Assembly: GCF_009914755.1 (NCBI RefSeq)
Contig: NC_060928.1
Source of the DNA: the human T2T-CHM13v2.0 reference genome, Homo sapiens
Strand: one strand, 5' to 3'
DNA length: 64,000 bases
How positions within the stretch are numbered: position 1 is the stretch's first letter; each line of letters opens with the position of its first letter. Positions 30,152-47,841 of this stretch are shown piece after piece. The position numbers and the translations under genes are program-made. Under the pieces are notes generated by a model that saw only the letters and a program-made list of their open reading frames with translations, was not told the origin of the DNA and did no database searches.

Positions 30152-30539
30152 TGTATGAGTTTGCCAGGGCTTCAATGAAAAGGTACCACAGGCTGGGTGC
30201 TTAAACAACAGAAATTTATTTTCTCACAGTTCTGGAGGCTGGATGTTGAAAATCAAGGTGACAGCAGGTTTGGTTTTGCCTGAGGCCTCTCTCCTGGGCT
30301 TGTAGATAGCTGTCTTTTTCTGATGTCTTTACATGATCTGTCCTCTGTGTGTGTCCCTATTCTAATCTTTTCTTTTTATAAGACACCAGTCATATTGGAT
30401 TAGGGCCCACACAGGTTACCTCATTTTACTACAATTACCTCTTTAAAGGTCCTCTCTCCAAATATAATCACATTCTGACGTACTGGCGGTTAGAACTTTA
30501 ACATATGAAATTGGGGGGTACAAAATTCAGTCTATAAAA
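30152..30539 (-). mobile_element. MLT1B-like solo MaLR LTR
   Basis: CTTAAACAACAGAAATTTATTTTCTCACAGTTCTGGAGGCTGG...CACCAGTCATATTGGATTAGGGCCCAC...AAAATTCAGTCTATAA. Confidence 0.88.
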
Positions 30540-31544
30540 TCTGCTGAGCTTAATTCTTTATTCTGTCATCATATGTTCAAAGTCCTTCGCAACAACATCT
30601 ATCACTTCTATTTACTCATATTACTTATTTCTGAATTTCTTATGTTGTTATATTTAACTTTCTTGAAGTTATTTATTACCCAACTATATGATAATTCTCT
30701 TGAGAACAAGTGTTTAGCTCTTTTTCTATATTTACATTGTGTTTTATGGAAGTGAATATTCAATAAATATCTATTGATTGGCTTTCCTGTGACTACTAAC
30801 ACTTTAAGATTTTCTGTCCTCTTCCTTGCTGTCCACTAATCCAGCATCTTTAGATAAATGTTCAACTCCAATAGAGAAAGCTATTTATAACGAAATGTGC
30901 ATAGTCATCCACTTTATAAAAGAAAGCAGTTTTCTGAAAACTTAATAATATTCTCATCTGGTTTTTAAATTTGTACCTTCTCATTTTAAAATTTCTTAAG
31001 GATATTCAGAGTTCTGTGTAAAGTAATTTATCTCTTCAACAAAAACTCTATACTGCAATTCAAATCTATGGTTAAATATGAAACATGAATACAGATATGA
31101 GATATTGACTAACCCTCCTTACTAATTTACACACTCTGTAATTAAGCCAGGGGCTGTTTAAACTATACACTTTAATGCAAATGCACATTCAGAAATATTT
31201 ATTATTGCATCCTTTTTAAGACAAGAGAAGACAAAGGCTCTAAGTCACTCCCTATTAAGTATTATAAGCCAAGAAAGGGAACAATCAATTTCAGACATTT
31301 AAAAAATTATTTTAATATTATTTCAATATTAGTCTGTTTACATGATCTCTTTGGAACCCAAAGTTCCCTGTCCTGTGCATTCTTTGAATTTTGACAACTC
31401 ATGGATGCATTAAAATAAAAAAGTAATAAATTTTTAAATTTCAAATTTTATCTAGCATTTAAATTATTTTTAGTAGAGGATTTATTCAAGAACCTGGTCC
31501 TCCAATGAAATTCAAAATTTTTATTTTTAATGTACTTTAATCTT

Positions 31545-31913
<369 letters not shown>

Positions 31914-32822
31914 TAATGTCAAAATTCAACCTTATCATCAAAATTCTTGAAACTATAGTTTCAGTACTATCTTTTAAACATAGAAAACATTAAACATAAT
32001 CAAAATGAGGAACTGATTTGCACTAATTCTTGGAAACTGGCAAATATCTAACAATATGACATGACTAATTTGGTTTGAAAAATTCCCAAGTAGCATTATC
32101 ATTATTCAAACTACAGAGCATCTATGTTCAAAGACTAATTGAATATGCTTTTATTTTCACTGGGCTGAATATGCAGTGATTAATTGAGGTTATGATAGCC
32201 ATGATTACCTGGTTCATCTCATTACCTAAACGTCATCAAAAAAGAAATCCTGAAATTAGAACTTTGGACAAGTAAATATTAATATACATATAAAAAAAGT
32301 GTCTGAAACTGCCAGTTGGATTTTGCCTTAAATGTATTTCCTATGGCTTGTATGGCTAAGATAAGAAGAGAGAAATGTTAATGGATGATATTTATTATTT
32401 GAAGATGTCACATAGAATTCCACATTTCTGTCTTCTTTTGAAAAAGTGATTATCTGACAACAAGGGCCCACTTGCCTACATGGTGACAGGCAGATGAAAC
32501 TAAGCAGTCACTGGCCTGTTTAGGTGGGACAGGCATGCTCCCATCCCACCATAGCCCACACCACTGTCTATTGTGTTACCGCTGAAATCATTCATTCACC
32601 TGCCTGCCCATGTATTAATTTATACTTGCAACATTTTATAGCAAGTGGAAAAAATGGAAAATATTTAGAATTTGAAAAGGAATCCATGTTTGCATCAAAA
32701 TCTTGGTAAAGCTGAAAATGTAGGACATATAAAAATTGGAAACAAAGACTAAAACAAAACATGTCCACATTACTAAAGTATAGAAACTCATTCGTTAAGA
32801 ATATAAGCAACTAGAAATGGTC

Positions 32823-33035
32823 ACAGGGAGGGGAACAACACACACAGGTGCCTGTTGAAGGAGGATGGAGGGGGAGAGTAATAGGGAAAATAGCTAATGC
32901 ATGCTGGGCTTAATACCTAGGTGATAGGTTGACAGGTGCAGCAAACCACCATGGCACATGTTTACCTATGTAACAAACCTGCACATCCTACACATGTACC
33001 CAAGAACTTAAAAAAAAAGTAATAATAAAAAAAGA
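32823..33035 (+). mobile_element. Older L1PA (about PA10-13) 3' terminus
   Basis: GCTAATGCATGCTGGGCTTAATACCTAGGTGAT...AACCACCATGGCACATGTTTACCTATGTAACAAACC plus A-tail. Confidence 0.9.
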
Positions 33036-33431
33036 AGAAGAATGTGTTTTTATAGAACCTATATAGGACCTTGTAGTACTAATTTTAAGGTCCTTAATTG
33101 TCTTTTAACATCAAAGACATTAAGAATCCTTTAGTATTAAGTAGAGGTCATTGATTTCTAATTATCTGAAAATGGTGATCCATGTAGTTAGCATAAAGCA
33201 ACTTACTTTTGACTAGATGTGGTTAAATTACAGAAATCAATCATGTTATCAAGTCCACTGGACAACAGTATGATTCAATTTAACACTATGCATTGCTAAA
33301 GCATTGTGTCACTTTAGGCTTCAAGTGAAGACCCATGTGATATTGCCAAATCAATAAGATTTGGAAATTCTCTCATTATTCATATTTATTCATTTAAAAA
33401 ACTTCAATAGAAGTTTTTATAATCAAATGAT

Positions 33432-33537
33432 TAAGGTATACAATTAATATTAAATCTATAAGAAACTGAAAATGTAAAATGGACTAAGGTATACAATTAG
33501 TATTAAATCTATAAGAAACTGAAAATGTAAAATGGAC
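33432..33537. repeat. 53-bp tandem duplication (2 copies, 1 mismatch)
   Basis: TAAGGTATACAATTA(A/G)TATTAAATCTATAAGAAACTGAAAATGTAAAATGGAC at 33432-33484 and 33485-33537. Confidence 0.97.
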
Positions 33538-33570
33538 TTCTAAAAATAATTAGCTAAGAAAAAATATCCC

Positions 33571-33919
<349 letters not shown>

Positions 33920-34025
33920 TTATTTAAACAAGAGTACTTGAAGATCATATCCTTAACAATCTGATTAAGTTATACCAAAACAACAGACGTATTCAGTGAG
34001 GTGAAAAAATATGCTTTCATTTTTT

Positions 34026-34195
34026 AGAGAGTCAAATAAAAGAAAGAGAGAGTGAGAAGAGGGGAAGGGGGAAGAAGAAGAGAAGGGAGGAAGGGGAGAG
34101 AAAAAGAAAGGAAGGGCAGGGAAAAGGACGAGAGAGAAAAGGAAAGGAAGAGGAAGAGAAAAAGGAAGGACAGAAGAAAGGAAGGAAGGAAGGAA
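34026..34195. repeat. Purine-rich (GA/GGAA) low-complexity tract
   Basis: About 170 nt that are almost entirely A/G on the + strand. Confidence 0.9.
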
Positions 34196-34212
34196 TTATG
34201 AGACATATAGTT

Positions 34213-34722
34213 TCAGTAGTAAAACTGGTTTAAGAAGTCATCACACTTGGCCCCAACCTGGTTAATAAAAAAATGCAGCTGACAGCCAAGATGGCCGAAT
34301 AGGAACAGCTCCAGTCTACAGCTCCCAGCGTGAGCAATGCAGAAGATGGGTGATTTCTGCATTTCCATCTGAGGTACCGGGTTCATCTCACTAGGGAGTG
34401 CCAGACAGTGGGCGCAGGACAGCGGGTGCAGCGCACCATGCACGAGCCAAAGCAGGGTGAGGCATTGCCTCACTTGGGAAGCACAAGGGGTCAGGGAGTT
34501 CCCTTTCCTAGTCAAACAAAGGGGTGACAGACGGCACCTGGAAATTCGGGTCACTCCCACCCTAATACTGCGCTTTTCCAATGGGCTTAAAAAACGGCGC
34601 ACCAGGAGATTATATCCCACACATGAGGGTCCTATGCCCATGGAGTCTCGCTGATTGCTAGCACAGCAGTCTCAGATCAAACTGCAAGGCAGCAGCGAGG
34701 CTGGGGGAGGGGCACCCGCCAT
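34213..34722 (-). pseudogene. L1 ORF0, interrupted (stop at codon 17; in-frame downstream ORF 34641-34213)
   Basis: ATG at 34722 reads MAGAPPPASLLPCSLI*. The same frame resumes at 34641 as MGIGPSCVGYNLLVRRFLSPLEKRSIRVGVTR, matching the ORF0 C-terminal half. Confidence 0.8.
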
Positions 34723-35303
34723 TGCCCAGGCTTGCTTAGGTAAACAGCAGCCAGGAAGCTCAAACTGGGTGGAGCCCACCACAGCTCAAGGAGGCCTGCC
34801 TGCCTCTGTACGCTCCACCTCTGGGGGCAGGGAACATACAAATAAAAAGACAGCAGTAACCTCTGCAGACTTAAGTGTCCCTGTCTGACAGCTTTGAAGA
34901 GAGCAGTGGTTCTCCCAGCACGCAGCTGGAGATCTGAGAATGGGCAGACTGCATCCTCAAGTGGGTCCCTGACCCCTGACCCACAAGCAGACTAACTGGG
35001 AGGCACCCCCCAGTAGGGGCAGACTGACACCTCACACGGCCGGGTACTCCTCTGAGACAAAACTTCCAGAGGAACGATCAGAAAGTAGCATTCGCAGTTC
35101 ACGAAAATCCGCTGTTCTGCAGCCACTGCTGCTGATACCCAGGCAAACGGGGTCTGGAGTGGACCTCTAGCAAACTCCAACAGAACTGCAGCTGAGGGTC
35201 CTTTCTGTTAGAAGGAAAACTAACAAACAGAAAGGACATCCACATCAAAAACCCATCTGTACATCACCATCATCAAAGACCAAAAGTAGATAAAACCACA
35301 AAG
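34284..35303 (+). promoter_or_regulatory. L1 5'UTR internal sense/antisense promoter with YY1 site
   Basis: YY1 motif CAAGATGGCC at 34287-34296. Many CpGs have decayed to TpG/CpA. Activity cannot be determined from sequence. Confidence 0.75.
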
Positions 35304-36319
35304 ATGGGGAAAAAACAGAGCAGAAAAACTGGAAACTCTAAAAAGCAGAGCACCTCTCCTCCTCCAAAGGAACGCAGTTCCTCACCAGCAACGGAACAAA
35401 GCTGGACAGAGAATGACTTTAACGAGTTGAGAGAAGAAGGCTTCAGATGATCAAACTACCCCGAGCTACAGGAGGAAATTCAAACCAAAGGCAAAGAAGT
35501 TAAAAACTTTGAAAAAAATTTAGACAAATGTATAACTAGAATAACCAATACAGAGAAGTGCTTAAAGGAGCTGATGGAGCTGAAAGCCAAGGCTCGAGAA
35601 CTACATGAAGAATGCAGAAGCCCCAGGAGCCGATGCGATCAACTGGAAGAAAGGGTATCAGCAATGGAAGATGAAATGAATGAAATGAAGCAAGAAGGGA
35701 AGTTTAGAGAAAAAAGAATAAAAAGAAACGAACAAAGCCTCCAAGAAATATGGGACTGTGTGAAAACACCAAATCTATGTTTGATTGGTGTACCTGAAAG
35801 TGACGGGGAGAATGGAACCAAGTTGGAAAACACTCTGCAGGATATTATCCAGAAGAAATTCCCCAATCTAGCAAGGCAGGCCAACATTCAGATTCAGGAA
35901 ATACAGAGAACGCCACAAAGATACTCCTCGAGAAGAGCAACTCCAAGACACGTATTATCAGATTCACCAAAGTTGAAATGAAGGAAAAAATGGTAAGGGC
36001 AGCCAGAGAGAAAGGTCGGGTTACCCACAAAGGGAAGCCCATCAGACTAACAGCGGATCTCTCGGCAGAAACTCTATAAGCCAGAAGAGAGTGGGGGCCA
36101 ATATTCAACATTTTTAAAGAAAAGAATTTTCAACCCAGAATTTCATATCCAGCCAAACTAAGCTTCATAAGTGAAGGAGAAATAAAATACTTTACAGACA
36201 AGCAAATGCTGAGAGATTTTGTCACCACCAGGCCTGCCTTAAAAGAGCTCCTGAAGGAAGCACTAAACATGGAAAGGAACAACTGGTACCAGCCACTGCA
36301 AAATCATGCCAAATTGTAA
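35304..36319 (+). pseudogene. L1 ORF1p (RNA-binding chaperone), disrupted
   Basis: ATGGGGAAAAAACAG start; in-frame TGA at 35448-35450; frameshift near 35950. The ORF-track piece 35574-35981 shows ORF1p sequence (REKRIKRNEQSLQEIWD). Confidence 0.95.
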
Positions 36320-36382
36320 AGACCATCAAGGCTAGGAAGAAACTGCATGAACTAATGAGCAAAATAACCATCTAACATCATA

Positions 36383-40210
<3,828 letters not shown>

Positions 40211-40552
40211 ACAATGAGAACACAAGGACACAGGAAGGGGAACATCACACTCTGGGGACTGTTGTGGGGTGAGGGGAGTGGGGAGGGATAGCATTAGGAG
40301 ATATACCTAATGCTAAATGACGAGTTAATGGGTGCAGCACACCAGCATGGCACATGTATACATATGTAACTAACCTGCACATTGTGCACATGTACCCTAA
40401 AACTTAAAGTATAATAATAATAAAATAAAAAAATTAAAAAAAAATGCTTCCTGGAAAATGGTAAGACCTTTTCTAATAAACAAGGGTATACAATACTTAA
40501 GTTAATAAATTAGAAAATGCTGAAGTTAAGCCAAAGTCTGCTCTTCTTTTAA

Positions 40553-40954
<402 letters not shown>

Positions 40955-41436
40955 TAGTTTAGATACAACTTCAAAAAATATAGTTAGCCTAGTTTATAAA
41001 CTCTACTCCATGTTAGAAGTATGATCTGGTACGTCCTAGCAGCGGTTGTCCTTTGGTCTTCTGGAAATTTTAACTTTAGCTATGACTGCTATTAACAGGA
41101 ATTACGGCTGCTGAACTCTCAAATTATTCAACTACAGGATTATTCAACTGCATAGGATCAGTCCATTACTCTCTTCAAAGAGCATAATATGAGTTTTTTT
41201 TTCCTTAAGTTTTACAAGCTTTGAAGCTAGTGAGACCTGATCCAAATTCTTGGATTAATGAGAATAATCTGAGTTCTGTCAGATCAAACTAACCTGATAA
41301 CTGGTGTGCCACCTTTCATATTTACTTAGAAAAACAATGTGAATAAATAGTCACAATTCACTTTCTAAGGTTAAGACATAATTGCTGCTCAATAATTTTT
41401 CACTCCTTATCAGTCCTTTCACTACTACATTCAAGA

Positions 41437-41553
41437 GACTTCAAGCCTCATGATCTAATTACCTCCTGAAGGTTTCACCTCCAAATACTATCACATTGCA
41501 GGTTAGGTTTAATTGTATGATTCTGGGGGGTACAAAATCATTCAGTCTGTAGC
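41437..41553 (-). mobile_element. MST/MLT1A-like LTR 5' fragment
   Basis: GCCTCATGATCTAATTACCTCCTGAAGG...CCAAATACTATCACATTG...CATTCAGTCTGTAGCA. Confidence 0.7.
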
Positions 41554-43879
41554 ACTCAGAGTAAGGGCAGATCCTTCACTCTTGGTCCTGAAATGGAAAG
41601 CCATGTGGGTGCAGACTTACCATCAGTCACCAGCATTGAGCATAATCCCACTGACCTGCAAGACTTCAAGATATTTGAGAAAGAACTAAATGCTTTTTGT
41701 GCTGTTAGTGCAATAATAATAATAATCTGGGAGTTTTAGTTTGCACAGCATAATGTAACAAATTTTATTAACACCCTGGTCAGTAACTTCGATCAGATTC
41801 TCAAATGAGTTTTGTTATCCTCAAAAAGGCTAAGAGTTACTGTCACAGAAAGTGCCATGAAAGCACAAAAGGGTGTGAGTGCTTGGCAATTCTCTGCTGT
41901 ATTTCTTCATGATACACTGCCAAACTATATAATTCCACATGCAGGTTCATCATAGGAAAAGATTTTCATAATAACCCATTATTATCATTAGTTTATCCTC
42001 ACAACATAGAAAAACAAATCACTCTACTGTGATACCCTCTAACTTCCTCATCTAAGACTTATTTACTTCTGGCCGGATTTTTTTTTATATTCCAGGCTTC
42101 TAATTAACAAATATTAATAACTAGGAAACTATTAATAGGAAAATTATATTCCAATGTTTTCCAAGAGATTTAAAATGCGAATTCTCATTTAACTATGTGA
42201 AGTACTTATTTGTTTCACTTTCCTCAACTATACATTACTGAAAGATGTTGCACAGTCTACTGACATGTTATTCAGTGACTGTGTCCTGAAATTCCTGATT
42301 GCTGAAATTCCTGCACTCATGTAATCTACGCTAGATAAGAAGATCATTAGAAAAACCCTAAACCTCACCAATGCAGATGAGCACACTGTTGTTCACAGAC
42401 CTTAAATGATTTGCCTAAGATCACACAGCACCTCATTGGCAGACCTGGGACTATAACATAGGACTTTCGGCTCTCATTTCACTCATTGTTACTAAAATAT
42501 GCAGTGTGACTTAAGAGTGTTAATAAGTACTCTACAGACTGCTTATCTGTGTATCAATAGGCAGGCAGAATTTGCCAACATCCAGGAATTTTGTCATTTT
42601 ATTAGGCCTCATAGAAAAACTTAATATCAGGATTTTCTGAGGATCTGAAAGGCAAAACTCTGTATAGTACTAAGAAGTTTCCTCTGACTTACTCTCCATT
42701 AATCCCTCCTTACTAATTCTACTAAATGTGTCCAGACTAGCTTCTGGGTATGCATTTGGTGATCGTAAGTCTATGATAAGTAGGTATAAGTATATGGCTC
42801 AAATGTATGTCCAAAAGTCAAGTGTATGCACAGAAAATTCCTGGGAATTTATTTTAGAAATCGATCACCACTCAAACCTACTTTTGTCTATAGTTTAGTC
42901 ATCAAAAATAAATAATCTTTTCAAGTTAATACAACAGGTACTTTTTAAGTGTTTACTATATACAAGGTACTCCATTTTATATGACCAAGATGAATATATC
43001 AAGGCAACTGTTCTCAAAATGTTCGCATTCTAAAATAGACACCACTGATCTGGCAAATAGTGTGGTCCTTTTATAGTGAAATAATATAATCTAAATTTTG
43101 AATTCATATAAATTTAATCCTAAAGACTACACTACATTTCTCTTTTTGCATGAAAAACATGTCTTTACTACTCTTATTTTTTGCTTTAAAAATTCTAATC
43201 TTATTGAATGCTCATGCAGAAGCCAGCTCTAGAAGGGGGTGTGGCATTAGTTGCCAGGGGTTGCATCTTTATATTGCTTTGAAAAATTGAACATGATTTT
43301 CATGGAAAACCTACTTTAATGTTTTATTAGCATTCTCCAAATGCTTTCCTTTTCCATCTGTATTGATAAGCATTAAAATACATCCACTAAAGACATTTTT
43401 ACATTATTTTCTCAAATGCGAGCCAATTTTAATTTAGTGGGCAATTATTTTGAGTGAATGAAAGTTAAATATGTGCCATTTTTACCTAATTTACTCCAGT
43501 TAATATTAATTCCTAGCTAATAATTGTAGTATCAGCTATAATGACAAAGGGGCTTATGACACCACATGCCTCCCTACCACAACACACTGGCACAGCAATG
43601 CTGAACTTGAACTGTCATCCTCTGGAGAAGGACAGCTGAGACATCAATGAAATATTCTGTTCTCTTCTTCTAAAATATGTCTTATTTTCTCACAGGACTC
43701 TCCAGAATGAAGGCAAGGCAGACAGCAGGATTGAAGCAATTCATGACTGCAAATTTAAGGAAACGATAAAAGACACATTTCAAAATATCAGATCTGTGAT
43801 TCATGCCTGTTACTTCCTTTAAGACATGGCCCACAATTCACCTTTTAAAGAAACCTTTTCTTCTATCCCCATCTGTGAG

Positions 43880-44008
43880 TAAGGTGACCTTATAGTTTAT
43901 TGTTTAACTGGAACACTGTTGAGAATGAAATGGTGCTATAAATAATAGGGCTGAGACGAGACGCATAAACCAACCATCCCTGCTAGACTGGGATGAATGG
44001 CCGCATTA
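43880..44008. mobile_element. MER94-like hAT-Blackjack MITE
   Basis: TAAGGTGACCTTATAGTTTATTG...GAACACTGTTGAGAATGAAA...GCTATAAATAAT resembles recalled MER94; about 130 bp. Confidence 0.55.
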
Positions 44009-44265
44009 TCCATGAAGCAAGCACCATTCCTTTAACAGTCTAATAGTATTTACTACAGGTTTTACTTATTTGACATTTACCATATGCTACTGAGTGCTGC
44101 TTATATATTATGTATATGTTGTTATAGTTTTGAGAGCAGAAAGAGTATCTTTTACTTGCTTGTTTCTTCAGATACTAATACAAATCCTACACATAGCATG
44201 CACTCAGTAGATATGATTGAAGTTAATGCTTGAACAGTTAGTTCTTAATGTTTGTCAGAAGAATT

Positions 44266-44685
44266 TCTATTAGTCAGGGTTCTCCAGAAAAACACAACTG
44301 CAATTGGCTCATGGGACTGTAGATGCTAAGAAGTCCCAGATCTTCAGTCAGTAAGCTGGAGACCCAGGAAAGTGGATGTGTAGTTCCAGGAGAAAGTTGG
44401 TGTGCTCCATATCCAAAAAGAGTACATTTTTCGGTTAAAGCCCCAGCTTTAAGTAGGATGAGTTCCCTCCTACTTATGGAAGGGTCAGCGTATTTGTTCT
44501 ATTTAGGCCTTTAGTGGGTTGTATTAGGGCCACCCATATTAGGGAAGGCAATCTGCCTTAGTCTAGAGGTTCAAATATTAATCTCATCCAGAAACATCCT
44601 CACAGACACACCCAGAATAATGTTTGACCAAATATCTGCATACCCCATGGCCCAGTCAAGTAGACATATAAAAATGACCATTACA
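44266..44685 (-). mobile_element. MLT2 (B/C-like) ERVL solo LTR
   Basis: TATTAGTCAGGGTTCTCCAGA...CACAGACACACCCAGAATAATGTTTGACCAAATATCTG...GGCCCAGTCAAGTAGACAT...CATTACA. Confidence 0.88.
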
Positions 44686-47520
44686 GAACCCACTGCATGA
44701 TACTTTTAATGACAATGACTTCAGTTAATATTATTGTATCTTTACCTATACGGCTTGATTTTGGCTACTGCAAGATAATAAGATCTTCACTGCTTCCGCT
44801 GGATTTCCCCAAAGTGCCCAGGAGCACACTTGTTAATACTATTAATAATAACAATTTAGGAACTGTGAAGACACAGCTGAATAGGGCACTTTCTGCTTTT
44901 AGAGACCTAAAGGTCTTGTTTGGAAGAGGAGATAATAAATACAGATGAAAGATGACTCACAGAGAGTCAATAAATCATGTAATGTCTGCAATACAAACAG
45001 AAAATACAAAACAGTGTGGTGAAAAGTATGAAAAGTTGACGTCTGAAAATCTATGTTTGAGTAACTTCTGTACCATTTCAGAAAGACCTGCATTTGGATC
45101 CAGCTCTATGAATTAATATCTATGAAATCTTAGACTTTAAGAACTTCATTTATTCTACTGTAAAATATAATCAGCAATAAATTTTTATCATATAATTGTT
45201 GTGCGACTGGCACGTAGTAAGCACTAAATTATAATTGTTATAACCATTATTCCATTATAACATTCTCATTACTATTCTATCAACAGCTATGATTACTAAG
45301 CCTTTCTGGTTTATTATGTTATCATTAAATGTAGATAAAACTAAACCTAAAAAATTATTGTGAAGAGTAAATGATAACAGTAAATGATACACAATACAGA
45401 CTTGGTTTGTTATAATTTTTGAAAGCAGAAACTATTTAGTTAATGTGTTTAGTTAACATGTTTAGTTAACTTAAAACATTGTGCAAGTGTTAATTGGAAG
45501 TATTACTGTCATTACTTTAACAGAGTAGATATATGCCACAGATAACATGGCTGTGTCTAAGATTCTGTAGGTATTTAGAACTGAAATGAGATTAGACCAA
45601 CATTAATTCAACGAGATGTTCTTTAAAATATTTTTATTGTTTCTCTGTATTCCTTCACTATATTCTTTTATGAGAACATATAATAGGGTTTGAAATTGAA
45701 AATTTTCCAATCTGGGATTACAGTAGCCAGGGGAATGTTTGATAGAAAAATGCAGGAAGGGAACAAAATGAGGAAGATATTTTCAGGTGGCCCTCAAACA
45801 GAAAGGTTTTGTCCTTTGACCCAAATCTAGAAAGTCCTAGGTTAGTCTTACTCTCATACCACAATTTTCAGAAAAGTCCTTCACTGTCATAGTGGAAAAT
45901 AAACACAAAAATGCTCATATACAGGAACCGACTTTGTAAAGACTCTGCTTTATTAAAAAGAAATCGAAGCACAAAAGCTACAGTTGTACAGTCTGAATTT
46001 CCTCCCTCTAAGACTGAACTCGCAGTAGATTTAGACAAACAGGCCAAACATGTGGAATTTGAATACTAGTCCCAATATAAACATGGAACCATTTAAAGAC
46101 ACCAGCATGAAAAACCACATGATCACAGAGAAAGAGAGCTTTGTAGAACTAGGAGATTAAAAAAAAAAAAGAATTTAAAGAGAATCTGAGTGACTAAATG
46201 TTGAGGGTCCAATTTAATCAACTCTAAAATATAATTAAAATTTCATATTAATGATAATTGTATATGTTTATATTTCATTTAAGGGTAGTTAAGAGGATGC
46301 TTTAGAAGTCGTAGGAACTGAGTAAAAGAAGAAACACAACCTTACAGATTTTCAAATGTGTAACCATTTTTTTAAGGGACATGTGGAAAAGGAGCAGGTA
46401 CTGATTGATAGCATCTAGTGATTAGCTGTCATTACTTGTATTTCCTTTGACACATCTTTCTTTTTAGAGTTGATAACATTCTTTTTCAAACAATTTATTT
46501 TAGTCTCTAGTTTAATTAATCTCAATTAATTATATATAAAATAGTTTAAAGTAATAAAGATCTAAGTTAAAATTATAGCTCTCACACTTATTTTTTATTT
46601 AGAACAAGCCATTTGGGGATAAAATAGGACCCTGTTGATAGTAATGAGGATTGAAGGCATATAAAGGGTTCAGCAGCAGAATGACTGGTTTCATAAAGGT
46701 TATTCCTTTTTATTACAATAATAAGTCCCTAATTCAAAGACAAAGGATATGGAAGGCTTTCATTCTTTTATAATGTCTTTCTGTCTTTTTCTTCGCACAA
46801 TTATATCTTATTGCCCTCTTCTTTTCTCTATCCTTTACTTCTTACCACACTCAGAGGAAAATAAAGGGAGATGAAGAACTCCAAGAAGGTTCAACTTTCA
46901 CAGTCAAAAGTGTTCCCAAACAAGGAGAAGAAGAAGATACAGAGAGATACAGGGAACAGTTAGACTGGTAGGTCAACAGAAATGTGTGATAGGAAAAAAG
47001 GGGTCATTAAATGGCAACTTGTATTTGCCATAATATCTGAGAATGACTCAGCCCTTAGTTGGGAGCTAAATATCTTTGAAGCACCAGCTGGCCCTTGTGA
47101 TGTGAAAACATCACAAAGTGTCTTTTCATTCAGTTTTTGGGATTAAGGTGCTTTGAAAGCTTCTGTAGAACTAAATGTGTTGAACTTTCTATGAATAATG
47201 GTTTGGCAAACCCCTGTTGTGTTCCCCTTGTATTAAGATTATCATCTGTACAGACATATATATGTAAATTTGTTCTGTCATGTTTTTGTTATTTTAAGAC
47301 ATTAGAATGTAATTTATTGGATTCAGTATGTAGGAAGGATCATATATATGTATTGGAATATTTTTTGAATTATTAATTAGCAATGGAAACTTGGTCTAGT
47401 CATTTCAATTGCAGGGTCTTGGTTTCTTTATTTGCATAACATAAAATTGTAATATTATTTTTCCATATTTCTATGATTTTTATAGTAGAAGTCCAGAACT
47501 TAGCTGTATAAGAAATGAAC

Positions 47521-47841
47521 TTGTTTTTTTTGTTTGTTTTTTTGTTTTTTTTTTTGAGACGCAGTCTCACTCTATCGCCCAGGCTGGAGTACAGTAGTGT
47601 TATCTTGGCTCACTGCAACCACCACCTTCTGGGTTCAAGCAATTCCCTTGCCTCAGCTTCCTGAGTAGCTGGGATTACAGGCACCTGCCACCACGCCTGG
47701 ATAATTTTTTTAGGTAATTTTAGTAGAGACAGGGTTTCACCATGTTGGCCAGGCTTGTCTCAAACCCCTGACCTCAAGTGATTCACCCCCCTTGGCCTCC
47801 CAAAATGTTGGGATTACAGGCGTGAGCCACCGTGCCCGGCC
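47521..47841 (-). mobile_element. AluS (Sx/Sz-like)
   Basis: Full Alu; perfect TSD AGAAATGAAC at 47511-47520 and 47842-47851. Confidence 0.96.

Noticed and set aside
43681-43800. Splice-acceptor-like CTTATTTTCTCACAG followed by purine-rich sequence (possible exon)
   Set aside because: No clear donor or reading frame. It cannot be supported without transcript data; lncRNA exons in the window cannot be excluded.
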